IMG/VR virus record: IMGVR_UViG_2671180299_000005
Source: a virus
Taxonomy: Duplodnaviria > Heunggongvirae > Uroviricota > Caudoviricetes
Direction: 5' to 3' (one strand)
Length of the DNA stretch: 12,093 nt
In this document: piece by piece, positions 1 through 6,970 of the stretch
Layout of the letters: each line of letters begins with the position of its first letter
Position numbering within the stretch: position 1 is the first letter of the stretch
Program-made: the position numbers and the translations under genes
Notes under the pieces: generated by a model
What the model saw: the letters and a program-made list of their open reading frames with translations, nothing else
The model's database searches: none
Told to the model about the DNA's origin: nothing

Positions 1-21
1 GGTGCCTGGTGCCTCCAGGTG
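1..21 (-). repeat. 21-bp element GGTGCCTGGTGCCTCCAGGTG, copy 1 of an inverted pair (partner at 11834-11854); contains a CCTGG-N5-CCAGG dyad with an SD-like GGAGG on the minus strand
   Basis: Read directly. The reverse complement of 11834-11854 is GGTGCCGGGTGCCTCCCGGTG, a 19/21 match. On the minus strand, GGAGG sits 11 nt before the window edge, so any start codon lies outside the window. Confidence 0.6.
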
Positions 22-137
22 ACGTTAACCAGTTAACAATTAACGCCGGATACAGAGAATCCACCCATAACACTGTTTTTGGTTTTAACTGTTCCGCGTG
101 CGCTTAGCCGCATTCACCGCATCACAAAATTCACTTT

Positions 138-195
138 AAAAAGGGCGGCAGAGCAGTCACGGAGTAAAACTGATACCGCCAAACGTCACCAGAAA
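138..195 (-). ncRNA. dicF: DicF small RNA (53 nt, FtsZ-translation inhibitor) plus 3' T-run
   Basis: The reverse complement of 143-195 reads TTTCTGGTGACGTTTGGCGGTATCAGTTTTACTCCGTGACTGCTCTGCCGCCC, followed by TTTTT (138-142 on the minus strand). This matches my recollection of DicF from the Qin dicB operon base for base. It is co-oriented with and downstream of three small genes, as dicF is in ydfABC-dicF-dicB. Confidence 0.75.
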
Positions 196-536
196 ATTGA
201 TAACAGAGGGCGTTGCAGCGGGGTTGTCACTTAAGCGTATGGTCAACCTGACAACCCGGTGTCCTCAACGGGGGAAGGAATAACCCCGCCATACTTACCG
301 CCGCGCCATTTCGCGGATTGCCACAACCGGAAGCGCACGGTCGACGAAAATTTAACGACAGGCTATCTATGAACCAGCTACCTCGCCGTGCGCTTTCGCG
401 TTATGGTCTGACTTTTCAGGGAAATATCCTTTCAGTAAACTGTCAGTGCCGGATGCTCACCCGTGTCCGGCGCACGCACTCCACCTCACCCGTGGAGAAC
501 TCCTTAATTACCAACCTTAGCTTCGTTGGTTAGCTA

Positions 537-755
537 TTAACGCGGGTATGTAATCATTCTGGCAATGCTTAATGCCGCTGCTTTTTCCAGCCTGGTGATA
601 TCCTGCTCCAGAGCGGACAGATTTTCAGCCTGCTTAGCCCTGGCTTCATTGGCCCATTTCAGATCCTGCGCTGCATTAATTTTCTGGTGCATCCACTCAT
701 AAAGTTCATCATCGGTATAGTCTGGCGCGATGATGACGGGTTCTCGTTTCTGCAT
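537..755 (-). CDS. small early-left operon protein, 72 aa (YdfC-like by position and length)
   Basis: ORF-track ORF. The ATG (755-753) is preceded on the minus strand by GAGGA with a 6-nt spacer. It is the third of three co-oriented small genes between the repressor and dicF. Identity rests on length and position only. Confidence 0.55.
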   Translation of the reverse strand: MQKREPVIIAPDYTDDELYEWMHQKINAAQDLKWANEARAKQAENLSALEQDITRLEKAAALSIARMITYPR

Positions 756-784
756 ACTGATTCCTCGCGGTGCTGTTTCGCTTA

Positions 785-913
785 TCAGCCGTTAGATTTT
801 GCCGAGCTGGAAAGCGCCTGTTTAAATTCGCTGAAGCTGAGAGCTTCTTCGCCTTCGGCAAGGCCTTCGAAGTATTCTTCGTAAGCCTTTTCCATGATTG
901 TGTCGAAATCCAT
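785..913 (-). CDS. small early-left operon protein, 42 aa (YdfB-like by position and length), MDFDTIMEKAYEEYFEGLAEGEEALSFSEFKQALSSSAKSNG
   Basis: Not in the ORF track (under 60 aa). Translated by hand from the minus strand: ATG at 913-911 preceded by AGGTGG, stop at 787-785. It sits tightly between the 51-aa and 72-aa genes. The overlapping track ORFs 709-918(-) and 770-967(+) look low-complexity. Confidence 0.45.
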   Translation of the reverse strand: MDFDTIMEKAYEEYFEGLAEGEEALSFSEFKQALSSSAKSNG

Positions 914-914
914 A

Positions 915-1070
915 TCACCCACCTGAATTTCTTTCCAGCCAGCGACGCGCTCCAGATTCGGTTTTAAACGTTTTGCTTTTGGTATACGTCATCGCGGTGA
1001 ACGTACCGTCCTGGTTGGGGAACACGCCACATACCAGAGATTCGCTGTTGCCAAGATTGATAGTATCCAT
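915..1070 (-). CDS. small early-left operon protein, 51 aa (YdfA/DUF1391-like by position and length)
   Basis: The track ORF 915-1151(-) is 78 aa, but the internal ATG at 1070-1068 has a GAGG with a 5-nt spacer and gives 51 aa (MDTINLGNSE...). It is the first gene downstream of the OL-like promoter at 1252-1280. Confidence 0.5.
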   Translation of the reverse strand: MDTINLGNSESLVCGVFPNQDGTFTAMTYTKSKTFKTESGARRWLERNSGG

Positions 1071-1251
1071 GCTGACCTCATTTCCCCTTAACGCCGGGGT
1101 AGCGGAACAAAAACCTGCTGCATAGTTATTAAAGTTGAACCCTGCCGTCATGTTCTTACGCCTCGGGCTGGCTACTTAACCCCTGACCACTGCCTGGTAA
1201 CTCGAGGTATTGCCCTGTATTGTGTGGGACGGGATGGGTTGGTATGGGAAA

Positions 1252-1299
1252 ACTATAGGAAATGCCTAATTACTTGTCAATAGGCTATGCCTAATAATT
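1252..1299 (-). promoter_or_regulatory. OL-like operator/promoter module downstream of the repressor gene, driving the minus-strand early-left operon
   Basis: On the minus strand: -35 TTGACA (plus-strand coordinates 1280-1275), 17-bp spacer, -10 TATAGT (1257-1252). It is overlapped by the dyad ATAGGC-TAT-GCCTAAT (1280-1295) and TAGGA-AAT-GCCTAAT (1256-1270). 1264-1294 is a near reverse complement of the OR region 1921-1952. Confidence 0.55.
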
Positions 1300-1388
1300 T
1301 GGGCGCGACCTAATAGGTGATGGTTTGTGGGAGAGGTAGTAGGAGTTAACTAACGGGAACTAGGAATTTCCCGTCGGACCATATAAGT

Positions 1389-1865
1389 TTAAGTTCCTGT
1401 CTTGGTGATGTTCTGGCTTTTCCGTTTTGATTCTTGATTTTTCAGATAGTTAGCTACCTTCATTTCCATTGCGGCAATGTAGGCGCGAACGTCATGATCA
1501 ACCCAACTAGGCTCCGTAGCATTTCCAGATAAGAGGAAAGCCACAATTGCTCTTTTTTCATCAGAGGCGGCTTGATAAAGGCTGTTTATGTCTAAAAGTT
1601 CACTTTTTGTATCTGAAGTGGATGGGGTTGGTATGGGGTATTCGTTAAGCCCCCAATGCTCTGGACCAACCACATCAGAAAAGAAACGCCATAGTTCTGG
1701 AAGTTTGTCTTTACTTATCGAACCTTTCTTAATCCAGTCATGGATTGATGGTGGTTGGACTTTGAAATGACGTGCGATTTCCGCCTTTGATTTGACGGCT
1801 CCTGATGCAATTTTTTTGTTAATGGCCTGCTCTATCGCTCGGCCTAAGTCTTTACCACTAAGCAT
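1389..1865 (-). CDS. racR: Rac-prophage-type repressor RacR, 158 aa, HTH (cI-like role)
   Basis: ORF-track ORF (MLSGKDLGRAIEQAINKK...). The sequence and length match my recollection of E. coli RacR. It is divergent from ydaS/ydaT with operators in the shared intergenic region. AGGAGA lies upstream of the ATG on the minus strand. Confidence 0.8.
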   Translation of the reverse strand: MLSGKDLGRAIEQAINKKIASGAVKSKAEIARHFKVQPPSIHDWIKKGSISKDKLPELWRFFSDVVGPEHWGLNEYPIPTPSTSDTKSELLDINSLYQAASDEKRAIVAFLLSGNATEPSWVDHDVRAYIAAMEMKVANYLKNQESKRKSQNITKTGT

Positions 1866-1892
1866 TGCTTAATAGTCTCCTATGCGCATCGC

Positions 1893-1962
1893 GTTAGGCA
1901 ATCCCTACTCTCGATGTGTTAGGCATAGCCTATTGACAATTGTATTAGGCTAAGCCTAATAT
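1893..1962 (+). promoter_or_regulatory. OR-like divergent operator/promoter region between racR and ydaS
   Basis: Three dyad sites with TTAGGC/GCCTAA half-sites: ATTAGGC-TAA-GCCTAAT (1944-1960, perfect 7-3-7), TTAGGC-ATA-GCCTAT (1919-1933) and a weaker TTAGGC-AAT-CCCTAC (1894-1908), centres about 25 bp apart. The ydaS promoter has -35 TTGACA (1933-1938), an 18-bp spacer and -10 TAATAT (1957-1962), which the perfect site overlaps. Confidence 0.6.
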
Positions 1963-1989
1963 TGTTGCGTGTTTTTTGGAGTTCATTCG

Positions 1990-2313
1990 ATGAAAAAAGA
2001 TAACTATTCATTCAAACGAGCTTGTGCTGTTGTCGGTGGGCAATCAGCAATGGCTAGGCTTTTAGGTGTATCTCCTCCAAGCGTAAATCAATGGATCAAA
2101 GGTGTACGTCAGTTGCCTGCTGAGAGATGTCCTGCGATTGAACGAGCAACAAAAGGTGGTGTCCTGTGTGAAGAACTTCGTCCTGATGTTGATTGGACAT
2201 ACTTACGACGCTCGTCATGTTATTCGCAGAATATGTCGATGAAGCAACCAAATGACGAAAACGATCATACCCGAAGCATCAAGAGGCAAATGATTCATGA
2301 AAATCAAACATGA
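1990..2313 (+). CDS. ydaS: Cro-like HTH protein YdaS (reported toxic when derepressed)
   Basis: ORF track gives 1969-2313 with a GTG start. The ATG at 1990 (MKKDNYSFKRA...) has GGAG 9 nt upstream and is preferred. The HTH region is GQSAMARLLGVSPPSVNQWIKG. It is the first gene of the rightward operon facing racR. Confidence 0.75.
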   Translation: MKKDNYSFKRACAVVGGQSAMARLLGVSPPSVNQWIKGVRQLPAERCPAIERATKGGVLCEELRPDVDWTYLRRSSCYSQNMSMKQPNDENDHTRSIKRQMIHENQT

Positions 2314-2722
2314 GCACATCCGCATGGCGATGAATGCCTGGGCATACCCTGATGGTGAGAAAGTTCCTGCAGCTGAAATAGCCCGGACTTATTTCGAACT
2401 GGGGATGACGTTCCCTGAACTGTACGACGACAGCCATCCGGAAGCCCTGGCCCGTAATACACAGAAAATTTTCCGTTGGCTGGATAAAGACACCCCTGAT
2501 GCTGTTGAAAAAATTCAGGCTCTGTTACCGGCGATCGAAAAGGCAATGCCGCCTCTGCTGGTGGCCCGTATGCGCAGCCACAGTTCTGAATATTACCGTG
2601 AGATCGTCGAACGGAGGGATCGGCTGGTGAAGGATGTCGATGATTTTGTTGCGTCAGCGGTTGTTTTGTATGACCAGATGAATCGCGGCGGCCCGGCAGG
2701 GAATGCTGTGGTGATGCACTAA
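2297..2722 (+). CDS. ydaT: YdaT-family protein, 141 aa (CII-like position)
   Basis: ORF-track ORF. It overlaps the ydaS 3' end by 17 nt, with AGAGG upstream. Length and sequence are consistent with my recollection of Rac YdaT. Confidence 0.75.
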   Translation: MKIKHEHIRMAMNAWAYPDGEKVPAAEIARTYFELGMTFPELYDDSHPEALARNTQKIFRWLDKDTPDAVEKIQALLPAIEKAMPPLLVARMRSHSSEYYREIVERRDRLVKDVDDFVASAVVLYDQMNRGGPAGNAVVMH

Positions 2723-2744
2723 AAGCACGGTGTTCGGGGGTTTT

Positions 2745-3707
2745 ATGAGCAGCAAGCTTCATGGTCTTGTCTGGGAAGGGTGCGCCTTCACCGGCATGAT
2801 CTTATCCAGGGTGGCGGTTATGGCCCGTCTTGCAGACTACAGCAATGACGAGGGCGTGTCATGGCCTGCCATTGAAACTATCCGGCGTCAGATCGGTGCA
2901 AGAAGTGAATCCACAGTGAAATCGGCTATTGCAGAACTGGCGAAAGAGGGCTGGCTGACGAAGGAAGAGCGTAAGGTCGGTGGGCGTAATGTAAGCAATA
3001 TCTATCGGCTTAATGTGGAAAAACTCGAAGCAGCTGCTGCGGCGGCGCGTGAGTCATATAAACCGAAAAGAAAAATTAGCCCGGCAAAAAATGACCCGTT
3101 AACAGTTGACCCGTCAAATATTGCCCCCTCAACGGTTGACCCGTCAAATTTTGATGGATCAACTGTTGATAACAAACTGCCGATTAGGGGGGCGATGATT
3201 GACCCCGATCCGTCAGTATTAAAACCTGATCCGTCAGATAAAAGATCTTCTTGTCCGGACGCTTCGCAACCGGACCCGCAGACGGCTGAACAGAATTTTT
3301 TAACCCGACACCCTGACGCGGTTGTGTTCAGTGCGAAAAAACGCCAGTGGGGAAGTCAGGAAGATTTGGTGTGCGCACAGTGGATCTGGGGACGAATCGT
3401 GAGTCTTTACGAGCAGGCGGCCAGCGATGATGGCGAGATCACGAGACCGAAAGAACCCAACTGGACTGCATGGGCCAATGACGTGCGGACAATGCGGATG
3501 CTGGATGGCAGAACTCACAGACAAATTTGTGAAATGTTTGGGCGTCTCCAGCGGGATTCGTTCTGGGTAAAAAACATCATGAGTCCGGCAAAACTCCGGG
3601 AAAAATGGGATGAACTGGTTATCCGCCTGGGGCGTTCGCCCGCGCAGCGTTGCGTGAATCACATTTCTGAACCGGACACTGAAATACCGCCGGGATTCAG
3701 GGGGTGA
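2745..3707 (+). CDS. replication initiator, O-like (YdaU-like position), N-terminal winged-helix, internal origin repeats
   Basis: ORF track 2730-3707 (GTG start). The ATG at 2745 has GGGGG 5 nt upstream. It sits immediately upstream of the DnaC-like gene and contains the iteron cluster (3092-3237) that encodes DPSN/DPSV/DPSD peptide repeats. Confidence 0.7.
   Translation: MSSKLHGLVWEGCAFTGMILSRVAVMARLADYSNDEGVSWPAIETIRRQIGARSESTVKSAIAELAKEGWLTKEERKVGGRNVSNIYRLNVEKLEAAAAAARESYKPKRKISPAKNDPLTVDPSNIAPSTVDPSNFDGSTVDNKLPIRGAMIDPDPSVLKPDPSDKRSSCPDASQPDPQTAEQNFLTRHPDAVVFSAKKRQWGSQEDLVCAQWIWGRIVSLYEQAASDDGEITRPKEPNWTAWANDVRTMRMLDGRTHRQICEMFGRLQRDSFWVKNIMSPAKLREKWDELVIRLGRSPAQRCVNHISEPDTEIPPGFRG
3092..3237 (+). 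repeat. putative replication origin: iteron cluster inside the initiator gene
   Basis: The palindromic 12-mer TTGACCCGTCAA occurs at 3106-3117 and 3136-3147, exactly 30 bp apart. Degenerate copies: TGACCCGTTAAC (3092-3103), TTGACCCCGATCCGTCAG (3199-3216), TGATCCGTCAG (3227-3237). A more A+T-rich stretch follows to about 3256, the same layout as ori-lambda within O. Confidence 0.55.
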
Positions 3708-3713
3708 CGTGTC

Positions 3714-4454
3714 ATGAAAAACATTGCGGCAGTTGGGGTTCTTGAACGTATTCGCAGACTTGCACCACAGGGGGCGGTTCCACCGTACCGGACGGTGGAG
3801 GAGTGGCGGGAATGGCAACTTGCTGAAGGACGAAAACGCAGCGAGGAGATTAACCGCCTGAATCATCAGGTGCGGGTTGAAAAAATCCTGAACCGTGCGG
3901 GCATCCAGCCGCTTCACAGGAAGTGCTCATTCGGGAACTACCGGGTGCAGAACGACGGTCAGCGCCATGCTCTGAGCCAGGCGAAATCCATTGCCGATGA
4001 ATTGATGACCGGATGTACAAACTTCGTGTTCAGCGGTAAACCTGGTACCGGTAAAAATCACCTGGCAGCAGCGATTGGCAATCGGCTGATGGCGAAGGGG
4101 AGAAGCGTGATTATCGTCACCGTGTCCGATGTCATGAGCGTGTTGCATGACGGCTACGACAACGGCCAGTCCGGGGAAAAATTTTTACAGGAGCTTTGTG
4201 GAGTTGACCTTCTGGTCCTTGATGAAATTGGCATGCAGCGGGATACGCGCAACGAGCAGGTCACGCTGAACCAGATAGTCGACCGCAGAACGGCTTCGAT
4301 GCGTAGTGTCGGAATGCTGACGAACCTGAATCACGCAGCGATGAGCACACTCCTCGGAGATCGGGTGATGGACCGTATGACCATGAATGGTGGTCGTTGG
4401 GTGAATTTTAACTGGGAGAGCTGGCGGTCAAACGTTGGACGTCAGGGTATGTGA
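3714..4454 (+). CDS. DnaC/IstB-like AAA+ helicase loader (lambda P functional analogue; YdaV-like)
   Basis: ORF-track ORF, 246 aa. P-loop GKPGTGKNHLAAAIG and Walker B LLVLDEIG are present. The ATG lies 6 nt after the initiator stop. Confidence 0.85.
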   Translation: MKNIAAVGVLERIRRLAPQGAVPPYRTVEEWREWQLAEGRKRSEEINRLNHQVRVEKILNRAGIQPLHRKCSFGNYRVQNDGQRHALSQAKSIADELMTGCTNFVFSGKPGTGKNHLAAAIGNRLMAKGRSVIIVTVSDVMSVLHDGYDNGQSGEKFLQELCGVDLLVLDEIGMQRDTRNEQVTLNQIVDRRTASMRSVGMLTNLNHAAMSTLLGDRVMDRMTMNGGRWVNFNWESWRSNVGRQGM

Positions 4455-4479
4455 GAATTTTTGACGAGGTAAATTTTCG

Positions 4480-5229
4480 ATGGAAACTGTATTGCATGCA
4501 CTGAAAGCGATGGGAAAAGCCAATTCTGTTGAACTGGCGGCGCGGCTTGATATCAGCCGTGAAGAAGTTCTTAACGAACTGTGGGAACTCAAAAAAAATG
4601 GCGTTGTTGATAAAACGGGTCACACCTGGTTTCTGGCTGTCGAAGGTGAAGCCGGGGTAACCGAAGGGCAGGCACTACAACCTGAAGCGCCGGATGTGGT
4701 AACCGAAGAGGTCGCTCCAAAAGTTACCGCAGACATGATGGTTGAGTTTATCGGTCAGGATGGTGCTAAAACGTGTGAGGAACTGGCGGGTAAGTTCGGC
4801 GTCAGTACTCGCAAGGTTGCTTCCACGCTGGCGGTGGTAACCGCAACGGGGCGGCTGGCACGCGTTAATCAGAACGGTAAATTTCGTTACTGCATGTCGG
4901 GGGGTAATTTACCAGCAGATCCGAAAGCCGCGCCGGTAACGAAAAATGATGGTAAGGCCTTTCCTCAGCCAGCAGGTGCTGCGTTACCAGTCCGGGAAGC
5001 CGCAACACAGGAAGAAATTAAAACAGAAACTGTGGCGGACATTGTGCAGCCGTTGCTATCGTTTACCGAAACGCAAGCAGATGAGCTGATTTTTCCGTCC
5101 CTGCGCAGGGCGAAAAGTGATGTTCAGAAGTGGGAGCGAGTCTGCGCCGCGCTGCGGGAGCTGAACAAGCACCGGGATATTGTTCGACAGATTACTGATT
5201 CTTCCCGCCGTGTTGTATCGGAAAAGTGA
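4480..5229 (+). CDS. hypothetical phage protein with two winged-helix-like units
   Basis: ORF-track ORF, 249 aa, GAGG upstream. The N-terminus (SVELAARLDISREEVLNELWELKKNGVV) and a second unit (KTCEELAGKFGVSTRKVASTLAVVTATGRLARV) look like wHTH repeats. The family assignment is not certain. Confidence 0.6.
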   Translation: METVLHALKAMGKANSVELAARLDISREEVLNELWELKKNGVVDKTGHTWFLAVEGEAGVTEGQALQPEAPDVVTEEVAPKVTADMMVEFIGQDGAKTCEELAGKFGVSTRKVASTLAVVTATGRLARVNQNGKFRYCMSGGNLPADPKAAPVTKNDGKAFPQPAGAALPVREAATQEEIKTETVADIVQPLLSFTETQADELIFPSLRRAKSDVQKWERVCAALRELNKHRDIVRQITDSSRRVVSEK

Positions 5230-5244
5230 TAGCCGGAGGCGCTT

Positions 5245-5640
5245 ATGGCGAAACCTTTTACACACGAACAGCGTGAAGAACTGAAGGCCCGAATTATCGG
5301 GCTGGTACGCAAAAATGAACGCATGACGATATCACAACTGGAGAGAGCGACGGGAGCAGGCTGGCATTCAGTCAGACGTTGCCTTGTGGATGTACTGGCT
5401 TGTGGCGATTTATACATGCCCGGTAAATACGGTGTTTTTACATCAGAACAGGTGTATCGCGTATGGCGTAAGGCAGCGGAGAAAGCAACCGACCAGACAT
5501 TGATTCGAAAGTTACCAGACGGAGTAATACGCCGCTACGACAGACAACAGAACATAATCTGTGGCGAGTGCCGGAAGAGTGAAGTTATGCTGCGTGTACT
5601 GGCGTTCTATCAGGGCAATTTTCAGGAGGCGGTACTGTGA
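5245..5640 (+). CDS. hypothetical phage protein, 131 aa, probable N-terminal HTH
   Basis: ORF-track ORF. GGAGG lies 9 nt upstream of the ATG. HTH-like segment MTISQLERATGAGWHSVRRCL. Confidence 0.55.
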   Translation: MAKPFTHEQREELKARIIGLVRKNERMTISQLERATGAGWHSVRRCLVDVLACGDLYMPGKYGVFTSEQVYRVWRKAAEKATDQTLIRKLPDGVIRRYDRQQNIICGECRKSEVMLRVLAFYQGNFQEAVL

Positions 5641-5696
5641 GTGAATTAGCTATCAGGCTTCAATTGTCGCTGGCATTCGCATCAAAGGAGAATGAG

Positions 5697-6281
5697 ATGA
5701 CCACTTTTACAAAAGAGCAGTTAATCAGTCATGTTAGTGAAAATGTAAAGGCGATGAAATTTGCAGTAAAACAGACAGTATTCAAAAATTCTCTCGAGGC
5801 AATTGAGTTGGATTTAGCACTGGCCCTTGTTGCTCAGGCTTCGCTGGAAGCAGAGCCCGTGCTTTATATGAATCGATTTACCGGAAAGACATTCTCACTG
5901 GAAGAGCAACCCGGTGCTGATAAGGAACCGGAAATATACGTGCCGCTATATGCTGCCCCGCCAGACAGCGCCGCCATGCTTCAGGCTGGAAACTTTCGGG
6001 AAAATAAGGGTTCGTCAACCAATAATTTTCGGGAAATCTCGGAAACGTCAACCAACTATCCGGTAACTCCGGATGGTTGGATAAGCTGTAGTGAGCGAAT
6101 GCCGGATGATGGTCAGCACGTAATTATTTTATGTGATGGCGCATTCGTTCTTTATGCGCAATATCGAGACGGTGAGTTTTTTGATGTAGTCCGTAATGGT
6201 GATGAATTTTTCGAAACACAGAGCCGCAATGTAACCGACTGGATGCCGCTACCAGAACCGCCGCAGGAGGTGCGCCAATGA
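5697..6281 (+). CDS. DUF551-like phage protein
   Basis: ORF track 5637-6281 (GTG start). The in-frame ATG at 5697 follows AAGGAG with a 6-nt spacer and is preferred. The C-terminus (PDGWISCSERMPDDGQHVII...VTDWMPLPEPP) resembles the DUF551 signature. Confidence 0.65.
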   Translation: MTTFTKEQLISHVSENVKAMKFAVKQTVFKNSLEAIELDLALALVAQASLEAEPVLYMNRFTGKTFSLEEQPGADKEPEIYVPLYAAPPDSAAMLQAGNFRENKGSSTNNFREISETSTNYPVTPDGWISCSERMPDDGQHVIILCDGAFVLYAQYRDGEFFDVVRNGDEFFETQSRNVTDWMPLPEPPQEVRQ

Positions 6282-6361
6282 TCTGGCCTGAAGCCTTTGC
6301 AATTACAGGCGTTGCTATAGCTATTGATTTTTTAGTATATGTTATTTGTCGGTGGGGGTAA
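6278..6361 (+). CDS. micro-ORF, 27 aa hydrophobic peptide MIWPEAFAITGVAIAIDFLVYVICRWG
   Basis: Hand-translated. The ATG overlaps the upstream stop (ATGA) and GGAGG lies 7 nt upstream. The product is a single predicted transmembrane-like segment. Below the ORF-track size cutoff. Confidence 0.3.
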   Translation: MIWPEAFAITGVAIAIDFLVYVICRWG

Positions 6362-6396
6362 AAACGTTCGCCGGGATTCACACCAAAGGAGGGAAT

Positions 6397-6501
6397 ATGT
6401 CGGATGATATTTCACTGGCAATGGAAGGTGCTCTGGCTGTTATTGCTGTTGTGGGCGTTTACTGCCTGGTTGTGTTTTTGATGGATCGACTAGGGAACTG
6501 A
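6397..6501 (+). CDS. micro-ORF, 34 aa hydrophobic peptide MSDDISLAMEGALAVIAVVGVYCLVVFLMDRLGN
   Basis: Hand-translated. AAGGAGGG lies 4 nt upstream of the ATG. An alternative ATG at 6404 in another frame also gives a hydrophobic 25-mer, so the frame is uncertain. Confidence 0.35.
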   Translation: MSDDISLAMEGALAVIAVVGVYCLVVFLMDRLGN

Positions 6502-6510
6502 ATTCATTAC

Positions 6511-6530
6511 GATATGGGAATTCCCATATC
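6511..6530. repeat. perfect 20-bp palindrome GATATGGGAATTCCCATATC
   Basis: Read directly; the sequence is its own reverse complement. No T-run follows on either strand, so it is not a canonical intrinsic terminator. Confidence 0.9.
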
Positions 6531-6746
6531 GGGTAAAAACGGTTTGCGGTAAAGCGAGAGTTAAGTAGAATTGCTGCGGGTGCTTGAGGCTGTCTGCCTC
6601 GGGCATGCCACCGTAAGGCAGACAGAGAAAAGCCCCAGTTAACATTACGCGTCCTGCAAGACGCCTAACATTAATCTGAGGCCAATTTCATGCTAGACAT
6701 ATGTAGGTTAGCCTCTTACGCGCCGAAAGGCAAGGAGAAGCAGGCT

Positions 6747-6902
6747 ATGAAGCAGCAAAAGGCGATGTTAATCGCCCTGATCGTCATCTGTTTAACCGTC
6801 ATAGTGACGGCACTGGTAACGAGGAAAGACCTCTGCGAGGTACGAATCCGAACCGGCCAGACGGAGGTCGCTGTCTTCACAGCTTACGAACCTGAGGAGT
6901 AA
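6747..6902 (+). CDS. hokD: Hok/Gef-family type I toxin, 51 aa (HokD/RelF-like)
   Basis: MKQQKAMLIALIVICLTVIVTALVTRKDLCEVRIRTGQTEVAVFTAYEPEE matches my recollection of HokD/RelF. AAGGAG lies 9 nt upstream. The track ORF 6690-6902 is an in-frame upstream extension (mok-like start with GAGG 8 nt upstream). The mRNA 5' segment 6578-6589 is complementary to the 3' segment 6952-6964, as in hok tac/fbi pairing. Confidence 0.85.
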   Translation: MKQQKAMLIALIVICLTVIVTALVTRKDLCEVRIRTGQTEVAVFTAYEPEE

Positions 6903-6970
6903 GAGACCCTGCGAGGGAGAAATCCCTCGCCACCTCTGATGAATCAGGCATCCTCAACGCACCCGCACTT

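Noticed and set aside
318-533. 71-aa plus-strand ORF in the region between the 72-aa gene and dicF
   Set aside because: No ribosome-binding site, an Arg/Ser-rich low-complexity product, and it is antisense to the expected dicB-operon transcript. Most likely chance.
709-1125. Overlapping ORF-track ORFs 709-918(-), 770-967(+) and 898-1125(+)
   Set aside because: Low-complexity products that overlap the better-supported minus-strand 42-aa and 51-aa genes, which have RBSs and tight spacing.
1353-1374. Hairpin ACGGGAA-N8-TTCCCGT just downstream of the racR stop
   Set aside because: No T-run on the minus strand, so not a convincing intrinsic terminator. It may simply be part of the OL-side regulatory region.
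2304-4148. Minus-strand ORFs 2304-2762, 3300-3917 and 3927-4148
   Set aside because: Fully antisense to the well-supported ydaT, initiator and DnaC-like genes, with no start signals and Pro/Arg/His-rich products.
6690-6746. Calling the upstream in-frame extension of hok a separate mok gene
   Set aside because: It is in frame with hok rather than in an overlapping frame, so from sequence alone it is just an alternative start. It is noted in the hok finding rather than annotated.
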